64,000 nucleotides of DNA. Source: Acidobacteriota bacterium. Its GTDB lineage: Bacteria; Acidobacteriota; Aminicenantia; JBFLYD01. A program made the position numbers and the translations under genes. The DNA lies in the NCBI GenBank assembly GCA_040756905.1, contig JBFLYD010000069.1, positions 10,560 to 74,559 on the forward strand. The letters run 5' to 3'. The notes under the pieces were generated by a model. The model searched no databases. It saw only the letters and a list, made by a program, of their open reading frames with translations, and was not told the DNA's origin. This document shows positions 40,523 to 51,829 of this stretch, piece by piece. How positions within the stretch are numbered: the first letter of the stretch is position 1; each line of letters begins with the position of its first letter.

Positions 40523-41344
40523 ATGGAAGATATTCATATGAAATTGAACGGGAAAGAGAAAGCTCGTTTTATTTATGTCCAGTTGACATTTCTGATTACT
40601 TTCCTACTGATAGGTAATTCTTTACATCCTATTCAGAAAAATAATATAAGCAGAATTGTAATAAAAAGAGTCGAACCTGTAGGAAGCATTGTAATTGACC
40701 CTGGACACGGGGGGTCAGATTATGGTTCTATAGGTAGCTCAGGGATCAAGGAAAAGGACATAAATCTCTCTATAGCAAGAAAATTAAAGTTTATCATTGA
40801 AGAGAGAATGGGAATTAAAATATCCCTCACAAGAGATGAAGATACTGAAATGACAATTGATGAAAGAGTTTCATTTGCCAATAATTTAAGAGCCAGCTTA
40901 TTTATTAGTATTCATACAAACTTCTCTTTTCTAAAAAATGAGAATGGGCCATACTGCTATTATTTTAACCCATCTTCAACCTACGAAGATTCAAGATATC
41001 TTGCAGGCTCAGATAAAATTTTGGAAAAAGGTAAAGCTTTTGGAAATGAAGATATTTCATTCATTCCATGGAATGTTGCTCAAATAATGCATCTTGGGAG
41101 AAGTAAATATTTATCGGAATTAGTACAAAAAGAATTAAATTTCTTGTTTGAGATACCCGAAAGAAACCCTAAAGCTGCACCTTTTAAAATACTGAATGGG
41201 ACAAACATGCCAGCCATGGTAATTGAAATGATATATTTATCAAACCAGGAGGACGAAAAAAAGATTATGGACTTAAATTTTCATTATTCTATTTCATCTT
41301 CTATCTATAAGGGGATTTCTCAATTCCTAAAAGAGAATTTTTAG
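40523..41344 (+). CDS. N-acetylmuramoyl-L-alanine amidase (Amidase_3, AmiC-like)
   Basis: VIDPGHGGSDYGSIGSSG..KEKDINLSIARKLK..SIHTN zinc-amidase motifs. Confidence 0.75.
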   Translation: MEDIHMKLNGKEKARFIYVQLTFLITFLLIGNSLHPIQKNNISRIVIKRVEPVGSIVIDPGHGGSDYGSIGSSGIKEKDINLSIARKLKFIIEERMGIKISLTRDEDTEMTIDERVSFANNLRASLFISIHTNFSFLKNENGPYCYYFNPSSTYEDSRYLAGSDKILEKGKAFGNEDISFIPWNVAQIMHLGRSKYLSELVQKELNFLFEIPERNPKAAPFKILNGTNMPAMVIEMIYLSNQEDEKKIMDLNFHYSISSSIYKGISQFLKENF

Positions 41345-41347
41345 ATT

Positions 41348-41995
41348 ATGAGAAAAAGCCAGTATTTAAAGAAAAGTTCAAATAAATCTATTAAAAGCAG
41401 GACATTTTCAAAATTTATCATATTGATCTTTACATTGATTATTATATCTGCTGGGGTCTATTTAGCAGTGAGATCAAAAAACACAGGAGAAAAAGAAAGG
41501 TCTGAAGGAAAAGAAATCTATTTAGCAAAAACCCCGCTTTTTTCGGAGAAGGATGAGAAAATTAAAATAAAGCTTTTCTTTCTATCTGAAGAAGAGTCAA
41601 TGTTTCATTTAGAAGAAAGAGAGATATTCAAGAGTACATCGATATCCAACCAGGCAAAACAGGTAATAATTGAAACTATAAAAGGCTCTAAGCAGGGACT
41701 TATATCACCAGTCCCTCCGGAAACTAAATTGAGAGAACTCTTTATCTCAAAGGATGGAACAGCTTTTGTAAATCTGTCAACGGAGTTTTCAGATGGAATT
41801 CCAGGGGGTACAACATCAGAACTCTCCGCTATCTACTGCATTGTAAATTCACTCGCTTATAATTTTCCCACAATTGAAAAGGTAAAGTTTCTTATCGACG
41901 GAATAGAAAAAGAGACATTAAAAGGGCATATAGATTTAACAAAATCATTCTTTCCTGATTTTTCAAATGTCCATCAATTAACAAAAACTGATTAA
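41348..41995 (+). CDS. GerMN-domain protein
   Basis: N-terminal TM, C-terminal GerMN-like region (FVNLSTEFSDGIPGGTTSELSAIYCIVNSL); 4 nt after the amidase. Confidence 0.55.
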   Translation: MRKSQYLKKSSNKSIKSRTFSKFIILIFTLIIISAGVYLAVRSKNTGEKERSEGKEIYLAKTPLFSEKDEKIKIKLFFLSEEESMFHLEEREIFKSTSISNQAKQVIIETIKGSKQGLISPVPPETKLRELFISKDGTAFVNLSTEFSDGIPGGTTSELSAIYCIVNSLAYNFPTIEKVKFLIDGIEKETLKGHIDLTKSFFPDFSNVHQLTKTD

Positions 41996-42029
41996 TTAAT
42001 TGAATTATTGAATTTTTAGCATAGGTAAA

Positions 42030-43499
42030 CTAAAGGCCAATAAGCCTGGGAACTGTCATAACAACTGTCCAGATGATAACTATTCCGATTAAATCAATAA
42101 CTATCCCATTTTTTACCATAGAAACTAAAGGAATCAATCCAGAACCATAAACTATAGCATTTGGAGGGGTTGAAACTGGCAGTACAAAAGCAAAGCTTGC
42201 ACCAAGGGTTGCCCCCAATACAGAAGGTATTGGATTTAAATTAAGAGATTCTGAAATTGCTATCACTATTGGTATAAACATACTCACGGTTGCTGTATTT
42301 GAGACAAATTCAGTTAAGATGACGCTGAAAATAATACACATCAATGCCAAAATTCCAACATTACTTATTTTAAAATTTTCAACGAGGGAGTTTGCTAATA
42401 ATTTTGTAAAATCAGTTTTAAACATCATACCACCAAGCGTTAACCCTCCTCCAAAAAGAAGGAGTGTTCCCCAATCTATCGATAATGCTTCTTTAATAGG
42501 AAGAGTAAATTCACCTTTTTTCCAATTTGTAGGAAAAATAAACATTAGTATTGCTCCAATTAGCGATACAGAATATTCTGGAAGATGGGAATTTAACCAT
42601 TTATACAGAGAATTTTCTGCGCCTTTAACAATCGAAACAAACCCTGGAAAAATCCACAAAAAAACAACAATCAAAAAGATAATTAAAACGTTAATCTGTC
42701 CGTTTGTTAAGTTACCCTGTTTTTTGATAATGCTGTCAACACGAATTTTAGTTTTTGGGCAATATCTTTTAAAAAAAAGAAAAAGTATAAGATAACTTAA
42801 AAAAACAACGATAAGGCCAAACTCCATCCACTGGAAAAAAGTAATTCTCTTATCTAAAAACTTCAACATAAAACCCAGGCTGATCATGTTGGGTGCTGTT
42901 CCTACAGGTGTTCCTACACCTCCTATAGAAGCCGAATAAGCTGTTGATAGTAGAAGAGCTATTCCAAATCTTTTTGCTTGGGGAGTTTCTATTTTTGATG
43001 ACATAGAAAGGAAAATTCCATACCCTATCGGAAGCATCATTGCAGTGGTAGCTGTATTCTGGACCCACATCGATATAAATGCTGTAACCATCCCGAAAGC
43101 GAAAAGAATTCTTATGGGGTTTCCGGCCACAAATTTACTTGACAATATCGAGGAAGCAATTCTCTCATCAAGCTTATGATAACTCATACCTTTTGCGATA
43201 ATAAAACATCCTAAAAACAAAAATATAACTGGGTTCGCAAACTCTTCAAAGGACTCTTTAAAATTTGTTATTCCCATAATTATTCCCATTACAGGAATTA
43301 ATATTGATGTTATGGGAAGGGGCAGTGCCTCTGTAACCCACAAAACTACTACAAGAATAAACAGACTGAACACTTTATGAGCCTGAAAATTTTGTTCAAA
43401 TAAAGGAGAAATGTAAGCTAAAATAAAAGCAACAGGAGCCAAGAATAAACCAAACTTTTTCCTGAAAGAGGAGCCTTCCATTTCAAAGATTTTTTCCAT
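42030..43499 (-). CDS. DASS/SLC13-family anion (di/tricarboxylate or sulfate) symporter
   Basis: 489 aa, duplicated hairpin-loop topology, ArsB/NhaD-superfamily fold. Confidence 0.65.
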   Translation of the reverse strand: MEKIFEMEGSSFRKKFGLFLAPVAFILAYISPLFEQNFQAHKVFSLFILVVVLWVTEALPLPITSILIPVMGIIMGITNFKESFEEFANPVIFLFLGCFIIAKGMSYHKLDERIASSILSSKFVAGNPIRILFAFGMVTAFISMWVQNTATTAMMLPIGYGIFLSMSSKIETPQAKRFGIALLLSTAYSASIGGVGTPVGTAPNMISLGFMLKFLDKRITFFQWMEFGLIVVFLSYLILFLFFKRYCPKTKIRVDSIIKKQGNLTNGQINVLIIFLIVVFLWIFPGFVSIVKGAENSLYKWLNSHLPEYSVSLIGAILMFIFPTNWKKGEFTLPIKEALSIDWGTLLLFGGGLTLGGMMFKTDFTKLLANSLVENFKISNVGILALMCIIFSVILTEFVSNTATVSMFIPIVIAISESLNLNPIPSVLGATLGASFAFVLPVSTPPNAIVYGSGLIPLVSMVKNGIVIDLIGIVIIWTVVMTVPRLIGL

Positions 43500-44397
43500 T
43501 TTTCCTCGCGATGAGTATTAATTCGTCTTTCTTATTTAAAAATGCAGAAAATAAAATGAGCAAAAAAAAGATAGGTTTGAACATTTTTCTTAAGATAAAA
43601 TTTTCAGGAATATAATTCATTCTACAATCAATATTTTTTGTGTCGATGCTATTTTCATGCTTGTAATTTAAGGCTTCAAATCCACACTTCTCGAGTAACA
43701 ACTTAATATTTCTCAAATTATAAAAGTAATAGTGCTTATAATCCCATTTTAATTGGAAAAGAATAATAAGGGGATATTTAATTTTCCCAAAAGTAATTTT
43801 ATAAAGCAAAATTGCAAGAGATGACAAAAGTCCATGGGATGAAGGGATGCGCATGGCAATTATTCCATTTTTTTTAACTATGGAATTTATTTTATTAAGA
43901 AATAAATATGGGTCTGGTACATGCTCAAACACTGACCACATGGTCACCACATCGAAATAATTTTCTTTGAAGTTTATATCCTTTAATTCCCCTCTTATTA
44001 CTTTGTTTCTCTCTCGGGCAATGCTGTATGCAATTCTTGATGGCTCTATTCCATATGAAATAAATCTATTATTTCCTGCTATTTCAAGAAACCCTCCTGT
44101 TCCGCAACCAACATCCAAGAGCTTGCCTTCTTTTTTGTATTTTTTGATAAACTCGATTTCTCTTTCATACTGAGGTATTCTAAAGAGTCTTATAAATTCT
44201 TTGTATCTTTCAATATCAAAACCTACATAGTCCTCTCCTAAAGATTTTAGTCTTACAATTGGGTTCATCTGGATCAATTTACAATCTTTACATTTATAGA
44301 AATTGTTATTCTCGATTGAGAACAACAGCTTTAATTTCTTTTCACCACAGAGAATACAAGTTTTATTATTTACATCTTGGTCTGGCATTTTAATCAA
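43483..44397 (-). CDS. Class I SAM-dependent methyltransferase with N-terminal Cys4 zinc ribbon
   Basis: CILCGEKK...CKDCKL ribbon, then LDVGCGTGGF (motif I). Confidence 0.7.
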   Translation of the reverse strand: MIKMPDQDVNNKTCILCGEKKLKLLFSIENNNFYKCKDCKLIQMNPIVRLKSLGEDYVGFDIERYKEFIRLFRIPQYEREIEFIKKYKKEGKLLDVGCGTGGFLEIAGNNRFISYGIEPSRIAYSIARERNKVIRGELKDINFKENYFDVVTMWSVFEHVPDPYLFLNKINSIVKKNGIIAMRIPSSHGLLSSLAILLYKITFGKIKYPLIILFQLKWDYKHYYFYNLRNIKLLLEKCGFEALNYKHENSIDTKNIDCRMNYIPENFILRKMFKPIFFLLILFSAFLNKKDELILIARKNGKNL

Positions 44398-47125
44398 AAT
44401 TTAAGTCTTCTATAAAATCTTTAAACATTGTGTATTTATTCTTAAAAAAACTCTTTAAATCTGGGTATATTTTCATATAATCAAAAGCCAGATTTTTATC
44501 TCCATCAATTTTTATAACAAATTGAACTCTGTTTTTAAAACTTTTGTTTTTGAATTCAAAGGAAGCCAGTGAATAATTTTCTTTTACTTCTACCTTAAGG
44601 TCTAAAGGAAATTTAATCGATTCTTCCTTCTCTTCATTTTTAAAAATAATTTCTAATTCTCCTATTAAACCTCTGATCCTTGATGGATTATAAAAATACA
44701 ATTCAGCTATATAATTTTGAGGGATGAGTCTTTTCTCAGAAGAAACGGCCTCGAATACGTTACCATTCTGATTGAACGAGGGCATCAAAGCTTTGCCATT
44801 AAAGAAAATTTCTGATTCAATCAAATTCCCATTTATAAATTTAAACTCGTCATCTTCTATCAAATTTGTTTGAGTCCCTTTATATAATATGTAACCTATT
44901 CCTGAGAATTTTTCAAAGTTTCTAATCCATTCTTTATCATTCCCGAAGGAATCGAAGATTTTCAGATATTTTTTAAAATCTCTATCTTTTGAAATATTTT
45001 CTATATACTTTTTCCTTTCTTGGTTTTTGTCGAGCATCTTCGAACAATAATCCAAGTACAGATAAATTTCTAAATCCTTCTTATTTTTATTCTTGTTTTT
45101 AAGGGCTTTTAAAAAAAACTCCTCAGCCATATTAAAGTTTTGTAATTTTAAGAATTCTGAAGCTATATCAAATTCATCAGCACTCAGTTTTATAAAAGCA
45201 TTGTTTAGTTCTTTTGACGCTTTTATTGTTATCTTATAGATATATTTGTAGAAAGGAAAAGAAAGCATTGGGTCAATAACTTCATATGAATTGATTCCTT
45301 TTTTAACTTTTATTCCTTTCTTTAACAAAAAATTATTTACATAAACTTCTCCGTCGCTTTCTGGACTAAATATAAATATAGCAATTTGAGGTATTTTTTT
45401 TCTGCTTATGAATATTCTTTTTACTTCCTGATTTTTATCAATAAAAAAACTATTTATATCTTTCCCATAAACACTTCCGTCAGAAATTTCAAATTCTCTT
45501 ACCGGATTTTTATCAGCCATAACGGAAGGTAATGAAATTCTCTGTTTCACTCTATTTTGATTTTTCCCATTGTACATCTTTACTTCAGGGTTCTTGAATT
45601 CTATTTCTTTAAAATAAAAATCTTTGATCAATTCATGTTTAAAATTTAAATTTTTATACACAGGAGCTAAATCAGGATAGTATTTTTGGTTTTTTAAAAA
45701 ATGAGAATAACAGGCACTTGTCGATAAAATAAAATCAAAATTTCCAAACGGAGGAAAATCTCTCCAGAAAAGATAGGGTCTTGTAAAGAAAGTGTACTTG
45801 TAATTTTTATCAGATATCACAGGAAAAAACCATTCATTTCCAAAATTACTCTCCTCAGGAACATTTCTTCTTATCCATCTCTCTGCTATTTGAGTTGTAT
45901 CATCTTCCCAGAGGTAATAAACTTTGGAGAAAGCTCTATATCCCATTGAAATTACCAAAAAAGCGATCAACATAGAAAAAAAAACTCTGGTAATCTTATT
46001 ACTTTTAAGAAGAGAATGGACGAATAATATGCCAAATACACCAAAAAAAGAATAAAAAATAGAAAGAGTTGAAAGATCTCTTAAGCGAGAAAACCCAAGA
46101 AATCCAAGAGCTCCAAAAAAATAAATCAGTCCTGACAGAAAAATAAATAAATTCTCTCTGGTTTTTTTATAAAAAATCCAAGCAATTCCAAATAAAATTA
46201 AAATGAAATATATCGCCCCTTCAGTGGTAAATATATTCCAGATGCCTTGAACATATCTATTAAATTTTATTTGTTCAATTAAATTCTCTGGTTTAATTGG
46301 CCTTAAATACCATTCAGTTTCATGAACAAGATTGGTTAATAGAACTGAAGCTTTTATGAACATTTTGAACCTTAATAAAGCATAGGGATGTCCAGCAAAG
46401 AAGCCAAGAACTGTAAATATTCCAGCTAAAAATATTTTATAATCGCTTAAAATCTTAAAAAACCTTTTCTTTGCCTCAAATCCATACAGAAAATGTGCAA
46501 GAAGAATCGAAAAAATTATGAATATTCCATTGTATTTAGTGGCAACTGCAAGACCACTGAAAAAAGAAGCTAAAAGATAATAAATCAGCATGCCTTTTTT
46601 CATAATTAATGCACAAAAATAAAAAGATAGGGCATAAAAGAAAGTCATTGGAACATCAAGAACAATTTGATGGCTATAAAGGATATGTATAAAAGAAACT
46701 GAGAATAAAAAAGAAATTCCAATAGCTTCTTCTTCTGAATACAACTTCTTTCCTGTAAGATAAACAAGAAGAATTGTAAATGAACCCATCAATGAGGATA
46801 CAATTCTTGAAATTAAAAGTATATGATCAAATGAGAAATTATAGAGGTCAAAAGAAGAATTGAAACTTATTAAAGACAGAAATCCTGAAATTAATCTTAA
46901 TATTACTGCAACGATATAATTAAAGAAAATCGGATAGAAAAGGACAGGGTCTGGTTTCCAGTTTCCATGGTAAATTCTCTCAATATCTTTAGCAACAGGA
47001 ATATCATCTATTCTCTGATAGACTGAAGAAATTCCCCATATTCTTAAAAAGCACCCCATGACAAAAATAACGGAAATAAAAAGAAAAATTTGATGCTTTT
47101 TTATATATCTGAAGAGGTTTATCAT
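44390..47125 (-). CDS. GT-C fold (PMT_2/ArnT/TMTC-like) polyprenyl-phosphate-sugar-dependent glycosyltransferase with a large C-terminal TPR-like extracytoplasmic domain (paralog 1 of 4)
   Basis: About 11 TM helices in the first ~400 aa with the conserved TKY motif (VATKYNG); long soluble C-terminal half containing TPR-like helices. Confidence 0.6.
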   Translation of the reverse strand: MINLFRYIKKHQIFLFISVIFVMGCFLRIWGISSVYQRIDDIPVAKDIERIYHGNWKPDPVLFYPIFFNYIVAVILRLISGFLSLISFNSSFDLYNFSFDHILLISRIVSSLMGSFTILLVYLTGKKLYSEEEAIGISFLFSVSFIHILYSHQIVLDVPMTFFYALSFYFCALIMKKGMLIYYLLASFFSGLAVATKYNGIFIIFSILLAHFLYGFEAKKRFFKILSDYKIFLAGIFTVLGFFAGHPYALLRFKMFIKASVLLTNLVHETEWYLRPIKPENLIEQIKFNRYVQGIWNIFTTEGAIYFILILFGIAWIFYKKTRENLFIFLSGLIYFFGALGFLGFSRLRDLSTLSIFYSFFGVFGILFVHSLLKSNKITRVFFSMLIAFLVISMGYRAFSKVYYLWEDDTTQIAERWIRRNVPEESNFGNEWFFPVISDKNYKYTFFTRPYLFWRDFPPFGNFDFILSTSACYSHFLKNQKYYPDLAPVYKNLNFKHELIKDFYFKEIEFKNPEVKMYNGKNQNRVKQRISLPSVMADKNPVREFEISDGSVYGKDINSFFIDKNQEVKRIFISRKKIPQIAIFIFSPESDGEVYVNNFLLKKGIKVKKGINSYEVIDPMLSFPFYKYIYKITIKASKELNNAFIKLSADEFDIASEFLKLQNFNMAEEFFLKALKNKNKNKKDLEIYLYLDYCSKMLDKNQERKKYIENISKDRDFKKYLKIFDSFGNDKEWIRNFEKFSGIGYILYKGTQTNLIEDDEFKFINGNLIESEIFFNGKALMPSFNQNGNVFEAVSSEKRLIPQNYIAELYFYNPSRIRGLIGELEIIFKNEEKEESIKFPLDLKVEVKENYSLASFEFKNKSFKNRVQFVIKIDGDKNLAFDYMKIYPDLKSFFKNKYTMFKDFIEDLNFD

Positions 47126-47210
47126 TAGAATTAAAAATTATAATGAATGGAAAGTATATTTTCAATGAATTAGAAGGATAACATCATTCAGGAATATTAA
47201 GTTGTAAGGG

Positions 47211-48017
47211 TTAGATATTTAAATAATCCTTTATTGAACTGAATTTAAAGGATTCTAATAGTCTATCCAATTTTTTCTCGGCAGTTTTAAGATTAACATA
47301 ATGAATAAATCTTTCCTTAAAGGGTAAATCTAATTTGGGGGTTAAATCATCTATTTCACGGGGATGCAAATAGATCATAGCTGGCTGATTTTGTTTATTT
47401 AAATTTTTAATCCCCATCTTGATAAAAGAATAAGGAAAAAACCTTAGGTAAAAACCCCCTGAAAACGGTACTCTCATTCCTAATAAATTTAATGTTGTGG
47501 CGGGAATCTCTATTATATTGTTTATCCGATAAGGAAACCTCTCTGCATATCTGTCGCCATAAAGAAAGGTTTTCATTGGAAATATACTTGAATCATATAT
47601 AATTTCATTTCTTTCAAGTATCCTGAAAAACCAATCGAAATTCTGATAAGATGACCATGAAGGTGCTCTATAACCTACGATCTTCTCACCAGTAATTCCC
47701 TGAAGAACATCGATAGACCTTTTTAAATCTTCTTCGAATTCTTCAGGACTCTGTTTATATACAAGAACATGACTGTATCCATGAGTAGCAATTTCATGTC
47801 CTTTTTCCTTTATCATCAAAACAATATCAGGGTATTTCTCCGCAGTTCTGGCAAGAATGAAAAAAGTAGCTCTTGCATTATGCCTTTCACATAGGGAGAG
47901 AAATCTTTGAGTGTTAAATTTAAGTCTTTCATCCTCTCCAAATTTCCCTAAAAGGTCTACAACATCATAATTTGCATGAAACCATTCTTCGATATCAAAG
48001 GTTAAAAGGTTAATCAT
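47211..48017 (-). CDS. Polysaccharide deacetylase (CE4) family protein, ArnD-like, PEP-CTERM-locus subfamily
   Basis: N-terminal LTFDIEEWFH signature and NodB-type His motifs (THGYSH). Confidence 0.7.
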   Translation of the reverse strand: MINLLTFDIEEWFHANYDVVDLLGKFGEDERLKFNTQRFLSLCERHNARATFFILARTAEKYPDIVLMIKEKGHEIATHGYSHVLVYKQSPEEFEEDLKRSIDVLQGITGEKIVGYRAPSWSSYQNFDWFFRILERNEIIYDSSIFPMKTFLYGDRYAERFPYRINNIIEIPATTLNLLGMRVPFSGGFYLRFFPYSFIKMGIKNLNKQNQPAMIYLHPREIDDLTPKLDLPFKERFIHYVNLKTAEKKLDRLLESFKFSSIKDYLNI

Positions 48018-49944
48018 TTAAATTCTTCTGGAATGAAAAATAACCTATGTAAGGTTCATTTGGTTTTACTATTTGATTTATCTCTTTTGTAAATTCTTTA
48101 ATTTCTGAACTGATTTTTATATCTATATTTAAATACCCTCGACTATCAACGGCATTTCCGTTATAATCCACCTGGGTAAAAATAGAAATCACATGATTAG
48201 AATCTCTTTCAATATTTATCCTGATTTCCTTTGAAATACTTTCTCTTTCCGGAAATATTTTCAGTAAAATTTGTTTATCCAGCGTTAAATAAAACTGATT
48301 TTTTCCATTGTTTTTGTAGGAGACATCAAAATAAATTGTCTCATTATCAACGGATTCTTTCCGGCTGGTGTACAATTTATAAACAAATATTTTAGATCTT
48401 ATCAATCCCAATGACTTTCCCTTGAAAACTTTTATTAAATATGAATTCTCATTTATCCATTTATAGGCAGAATAATGATATGGAAATATCCTCTTTCTCT
48501 TTTCATCTCTTAAATACTGATTTTTAATGCTATCTGAAACGATTAAAAATTCTAAATCTGAGTCTTTAAAGCTTTTAAAATCTGATTCTCCAAATGAATA
48601 GAATAGATGAGCATTTTGAGATGGATTAAGTCCACACCTCATCTCAAAGGCATACATTGTATTATTCAGTTTTTTCTTAGTCCAATCCCAGCATTGAAAT
48701 TCAACACTTTTATTCGTTATTGCATCCAGGACATCTACTAATTTATAAACAGGCTGAATCATCACTAATAGCAGGAAGCCAAAAAATAAAGGAACTCTAA
48801 TTCTTTTTAGATGTTTTTCTAAAAAATTATTCAAAAAATAAAAAAAGAACGCGCATATTATTAAAACTGATGGAATCACAGGAAACACATGTCTTACTTC
48901 AAATTGATGGGTAAGAGCAAGGAAAAAATATATGAATATAGGTTGAATTATCAGTAAACAAAATTTATTTTCTCTATTAAAAATCACTCTTTTAAACAAA
49001 AAAATCATTGAAAAAATGAAAAATATAAATCCGATTAAACCAATATTCTCTATTAAAGCATTTATTAATGATGTCCAAGGATTAAAAGATCTTGCCAATA
49101 AATCTTGTTTGAATAAAACCGATTGCCTGTAGAAATCTTTTCTGAAAGCCTCAAAATCTAAGAATGAATATGGTGAAAAAAAGAAAACACTTATGATAAA
49201 GGAAAAAAATATAACCGCTGAATTCAAAATTAACTTTTTAAATCCGTCTTTCTTTTCGAAAAACCTCAAAATGACAGCTATTATTAAATTTATTCCAGCA
49301 AGAATCCCTGAATATTTTGTCGTAAGGGCTCCTGCTAAAAAGACACCTGACAAATTCAGGTTTTTAAGATCAGGTTTTTCATATACTTTAAAAGAAAATA
49401 AAATAACTAACGCAACAAATAATAATTGTATAGAATCTGGTTTTCCATAATGAGATAGCAATACTACATAAGGGCTCACAACTAATAACATTACGGCAAT
49501 ATTTTCTACTCTATGCTTTCCAAAATATTTTTTCATCAAATTGTAAATAATTAAAATCATTATAATTCCTGAAACAGCAGAAACAAACCTTGCAGAAAAA
49601 AATAGAAGAGGCATTACAGTAGTTTTGCTAACTAAATTTTCTTGAACAACCTCTGAAAAATAATGGAGAGAAAAAAAGTAAATGAATATTTTATAAAAAC
49701 CATAAATAATAAAAGTAAATAAAGCTGCTATATAAAAGTACAAAGAAGGGTAGAAAAACCAATGGAGGTTCAAATCTTTGTTTTCAATTATGTTATATAT
49801 TTTGGAAATCATCCCGTCTTCATCAGCAACAGTACTCATAAAAGGGAGTCCTGAGCCTATCCCATAAAGTCTTATTAATATTCCTGATAAAAAAAGAAAT
49901 AAAAAGATTTTATCTTTTTTCAAATCAGAAAAGATTTTTTTCAC
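48010..49944 (-). CDS. GT-C fold (PMT_2/ArnT-like) membrane glycosyltransferase (paralog 2 of 4, shorter C-terminal domain)
   Basis: Multi-TM N-terminal half with LTTKYSG motif; 644 aa. Confidence 0.6.
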   Translation of the reverse strand: MKKIFSDLKKDKIFLFLFLSGILIRLYGIGSGLPFMSTVADEDGMISKIYNIIENKDLNLHWFFYPSLYFYIAALFTFIIYGFYKIFIYFFSLHYFSEVVQENLVSKTTVMPLLFFSARFVSAVSGIIMILIIYNLMKKYFGKHRVENIAVMLLVVSPYVVLLSHYGKPDSIQLLFVALVILFSFKVYEKPDLKNLNLSGVFLAGALTTKYSGILAGINLIIAVILRFFEKKDGFKKLILNSAVIFFSFIISVFFFSPYSFLDFEAFRKDFYRQSVLFKQDLLARSFNPWTSLINALIENIGLIGFIFFIFSMIFLFKRVIFNRENKFCLLIIQPIFIYFFLALTHQFEVRHVFPVIPSVLIICAFFFYFLNNFLEKHLKRIRVPLFFGFLLLVMIQPVYKLVDVLDAITNKSVEFQCWDWTKKKLNNTMYAFEMRCGLNPSQNAHLFYSFGESDFKSFKDSDLEFLIVSDSIKNQYLRDEKRKRIFPYHYSAYKWINENSYLIKVFKGKSLGLIRSKIFVYKLYTSRKESVDNETIYFDVSYKNNGKNQFYLTLDKQILLKIFPERESISKEIRINIERDSNHVISIFTQVDYNGNAVDSRGYLNIDIKISSEIKEFTKEINQIVKPNEPYIGYFSFQKNLND

Positions 49945-50759
49945 GCTGGTTTAATTGCCTCAACCGCAAAAGAAGTTGATATGAATTTTTCAAAAAAATT
50001 AAGTTCTTTATTTCCTTCTGCCAATTTGGCCTTTCCAAAGGGAAAATATAGAAACAAAGCAGATTTTATAAATCCTCCATTATGCAAAAAATATTGCTTT
50101 ATCTCATCTCCAGTATAAACCCTTAGATTTTCATATATTTTTCTTTCTATAATCCTGAACAGATTTAACGTAATATTCTGACCGTTAATAGTGCTGACAA
50201 TTATCCTTCCTCCAGGTTTTGCTACCCTCAATAACTCTTCGATGAAAGTTTTTCCATCTTTTACAAGTTGCATTACATTATTTGAAACAACCATATCAAA
50301 ACTATTATCCTCAACAGGAAGTTTCTCTCCCGATGATTGAATAACATCAAAACCTTTTCTTTTTGCAAACATCAGCATTTCCAGGGAAATATCAATTCCA
50401 ACAAGAAAATTATTCTTACTCAAAGATTGGGAAAAATGACCGGTTCCACATCCCACGTCAAGAATTGACAGGCTTTCTACATTTCCAATCAATTTTAAAA
50501 TATTATCCTTTAGGAAATTAAAATTTTTCACACTGAAATAGGTGTTTGCTGCTTCGGTATCCCCTTCTTTTTTTGAAATCTCTCTAAAATAATCTTCCCA
50601 TCTCATATTCTGTTGGTCTGACTTTAACATAAGAGGAATATCATCAATTACTCTGTATGTTTTATTACATTTTGTACATTTTAGATTTGCATCTTCATAA
50701 ATCAGTTTCTGCTCGCATTCAATGCATTTTAGAATTGAAATTAGTTTCTCGTTTAACAT
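49941..50759 (-). CDS. Class I SAM-dependent methyltransferase with N-terminal zinc ribbon
   Basis: CIECEQK..CTKCNK ribbon; LDVGCGTGHF motif I. Confidence 0.7.
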   Translation of the reverse strand: MLNEKLISILKCIECEQKLIYEDANLKCTKCNKTYRVIDDIPLMLKSDQQNMRWEDYFREISKKEGDTEAANTYFSVKNFNFLKDNILKLIGNVESLSILDVGCGTGHFSQSLSKNNFLVGIDISLEMLMFAKRKGFDVIQSSGEKLPVEDNSFDMVVSNNVMQLVKDGKTFIEELLRVAKPGGRIIVSTINGQNITLNLFRIIERKIYENLRVYTGDEIKQYFLHNGGFIKSALFLYFPFGKAKLAEGNKELNFFEKFISTSFAVEAIKPA

Positions 50760-51824
50760 TTAAATGGATAATTCCTTCCTAAAATATTTTCCTATTTTTG
50801 CAGATAATTTCACTGGGACGATAAGCTTCCATAATCCTGAACCAATCTTTACAAAATAACTTTTATCAGATAACGGCTTCTTTATTTTTTTTACCGAGAG
50901 ATAATAATTAGAATATTCAAGTAAACTTATTCCCCACTTTACTTTGTATTGTCTCTGTCCTGGATATCTTACAGGTCCAAAGTCGAAGTATTTATAACCG
51001 TTTTCAGCAGCCCATTTAATAAATTCATAGTGAATTAAATCATTACCTCTCAAATCAAAATATTTCTCATCAGAAGAGATATCTGTTATATGAGCTGAAT
51101 CTCCAACAGTCCATCCCAATAAAGCTGAGATATAATTTTCTTTATATTTAGCAAAAAATATTTTTATATAATCTTTTAGGTTTTTTTGAAGAGAAAGAAA
51201 ATATTCTAAAGGTTGCGGAGGACTTCCAAGTCTTTTAAGGCTTTTTAGATGAAGTGGATAAAAAATGTTTTTTATCTCTACCTCACTATTTCCTGCAACT
51301 ACTTTCAGATTATTTCTTATTGCTTTTTTTATATTTTTTCTTACACTATAATCCACTAATTTAGATAAATTTAAGTTTCTATCCAGCTTTAAAATTCCAT
51401 AATAATAGAGAGGAACCTTTTCAAATAAATTATTGTTTAATCCCTTTAAATCAGAAAAACATCTAATCTCCAAATAATCCAAATATTTTTCTTTAAAAGT
51501 ATTTTCGATAACGGAGTTAAACTCTTTTAAAATTTTTATCTTTTTTTCTATATCTATATCCGTTGAAAATAATATGCCTCCATACTCTGAAAAAGGTTGT
51601 GAAACTATTCTTTTTCCATAAAGTACACTTCTGTGAAAAAAAGATGGGAAAACAGCTTTAATTTTACCATCCTCATAGCAAAGCCAATAATTACTCTTTA
51701 AGTTATAAATTTCTTCAATAGCTTTTTTAAATCCAATCAAGTACACAAATCTGCCATTTGGATTAATTTTTACAAATTCATCCCATTCACTTTCAAAATC
51801 ATCTTTGTAGGGAACCCAAGTCAT
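50760..51824 (-). CDS. FemAB-like / GNAT-fold acyl or aminoacyl transferase (PEP-CTERM-locus-associated FemAB-related family)
   Basis: Size and N-terminal pattern (MTWVPYKDDFESEWDEFV...) resemble FemAB-related proteins of exopolysaccharide loci. Confidence 0.5.
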   Translation of the reverse strand: MTWVPYKDDFESEWDEFVKINPNGRFVYLIGFKKAIEEIYNLKSNYWLCYEDGKIKAVFPSFFHRSVLYGKRIVSQPFSEYGGILFSTDIDIEKKIKILKEFNSVIENTFKEKYLDYLEIRCFSDLKGLNNNLFEKVPLYYYGILKLDRNLNLSKLVDYSVRKNIKKAIRNNLKVVAGNSEVEIKNIFYPLHLKSLKRLGSPPQPLEYFLSLQKNLKDYIKIFFAKYKENYISALLGWTVGDSAHITDISSDEKYFDLRGNDLIHYEFIKWAAENGYKYFDFGPVRYPGQRQYKVKWGISLLEYSNYYLSVKKIKKPLSDKSYFVKIGSGLWKLIVPVKLSAKIGKYFRKELSI

Positions 51825-51829
51825 ATAGA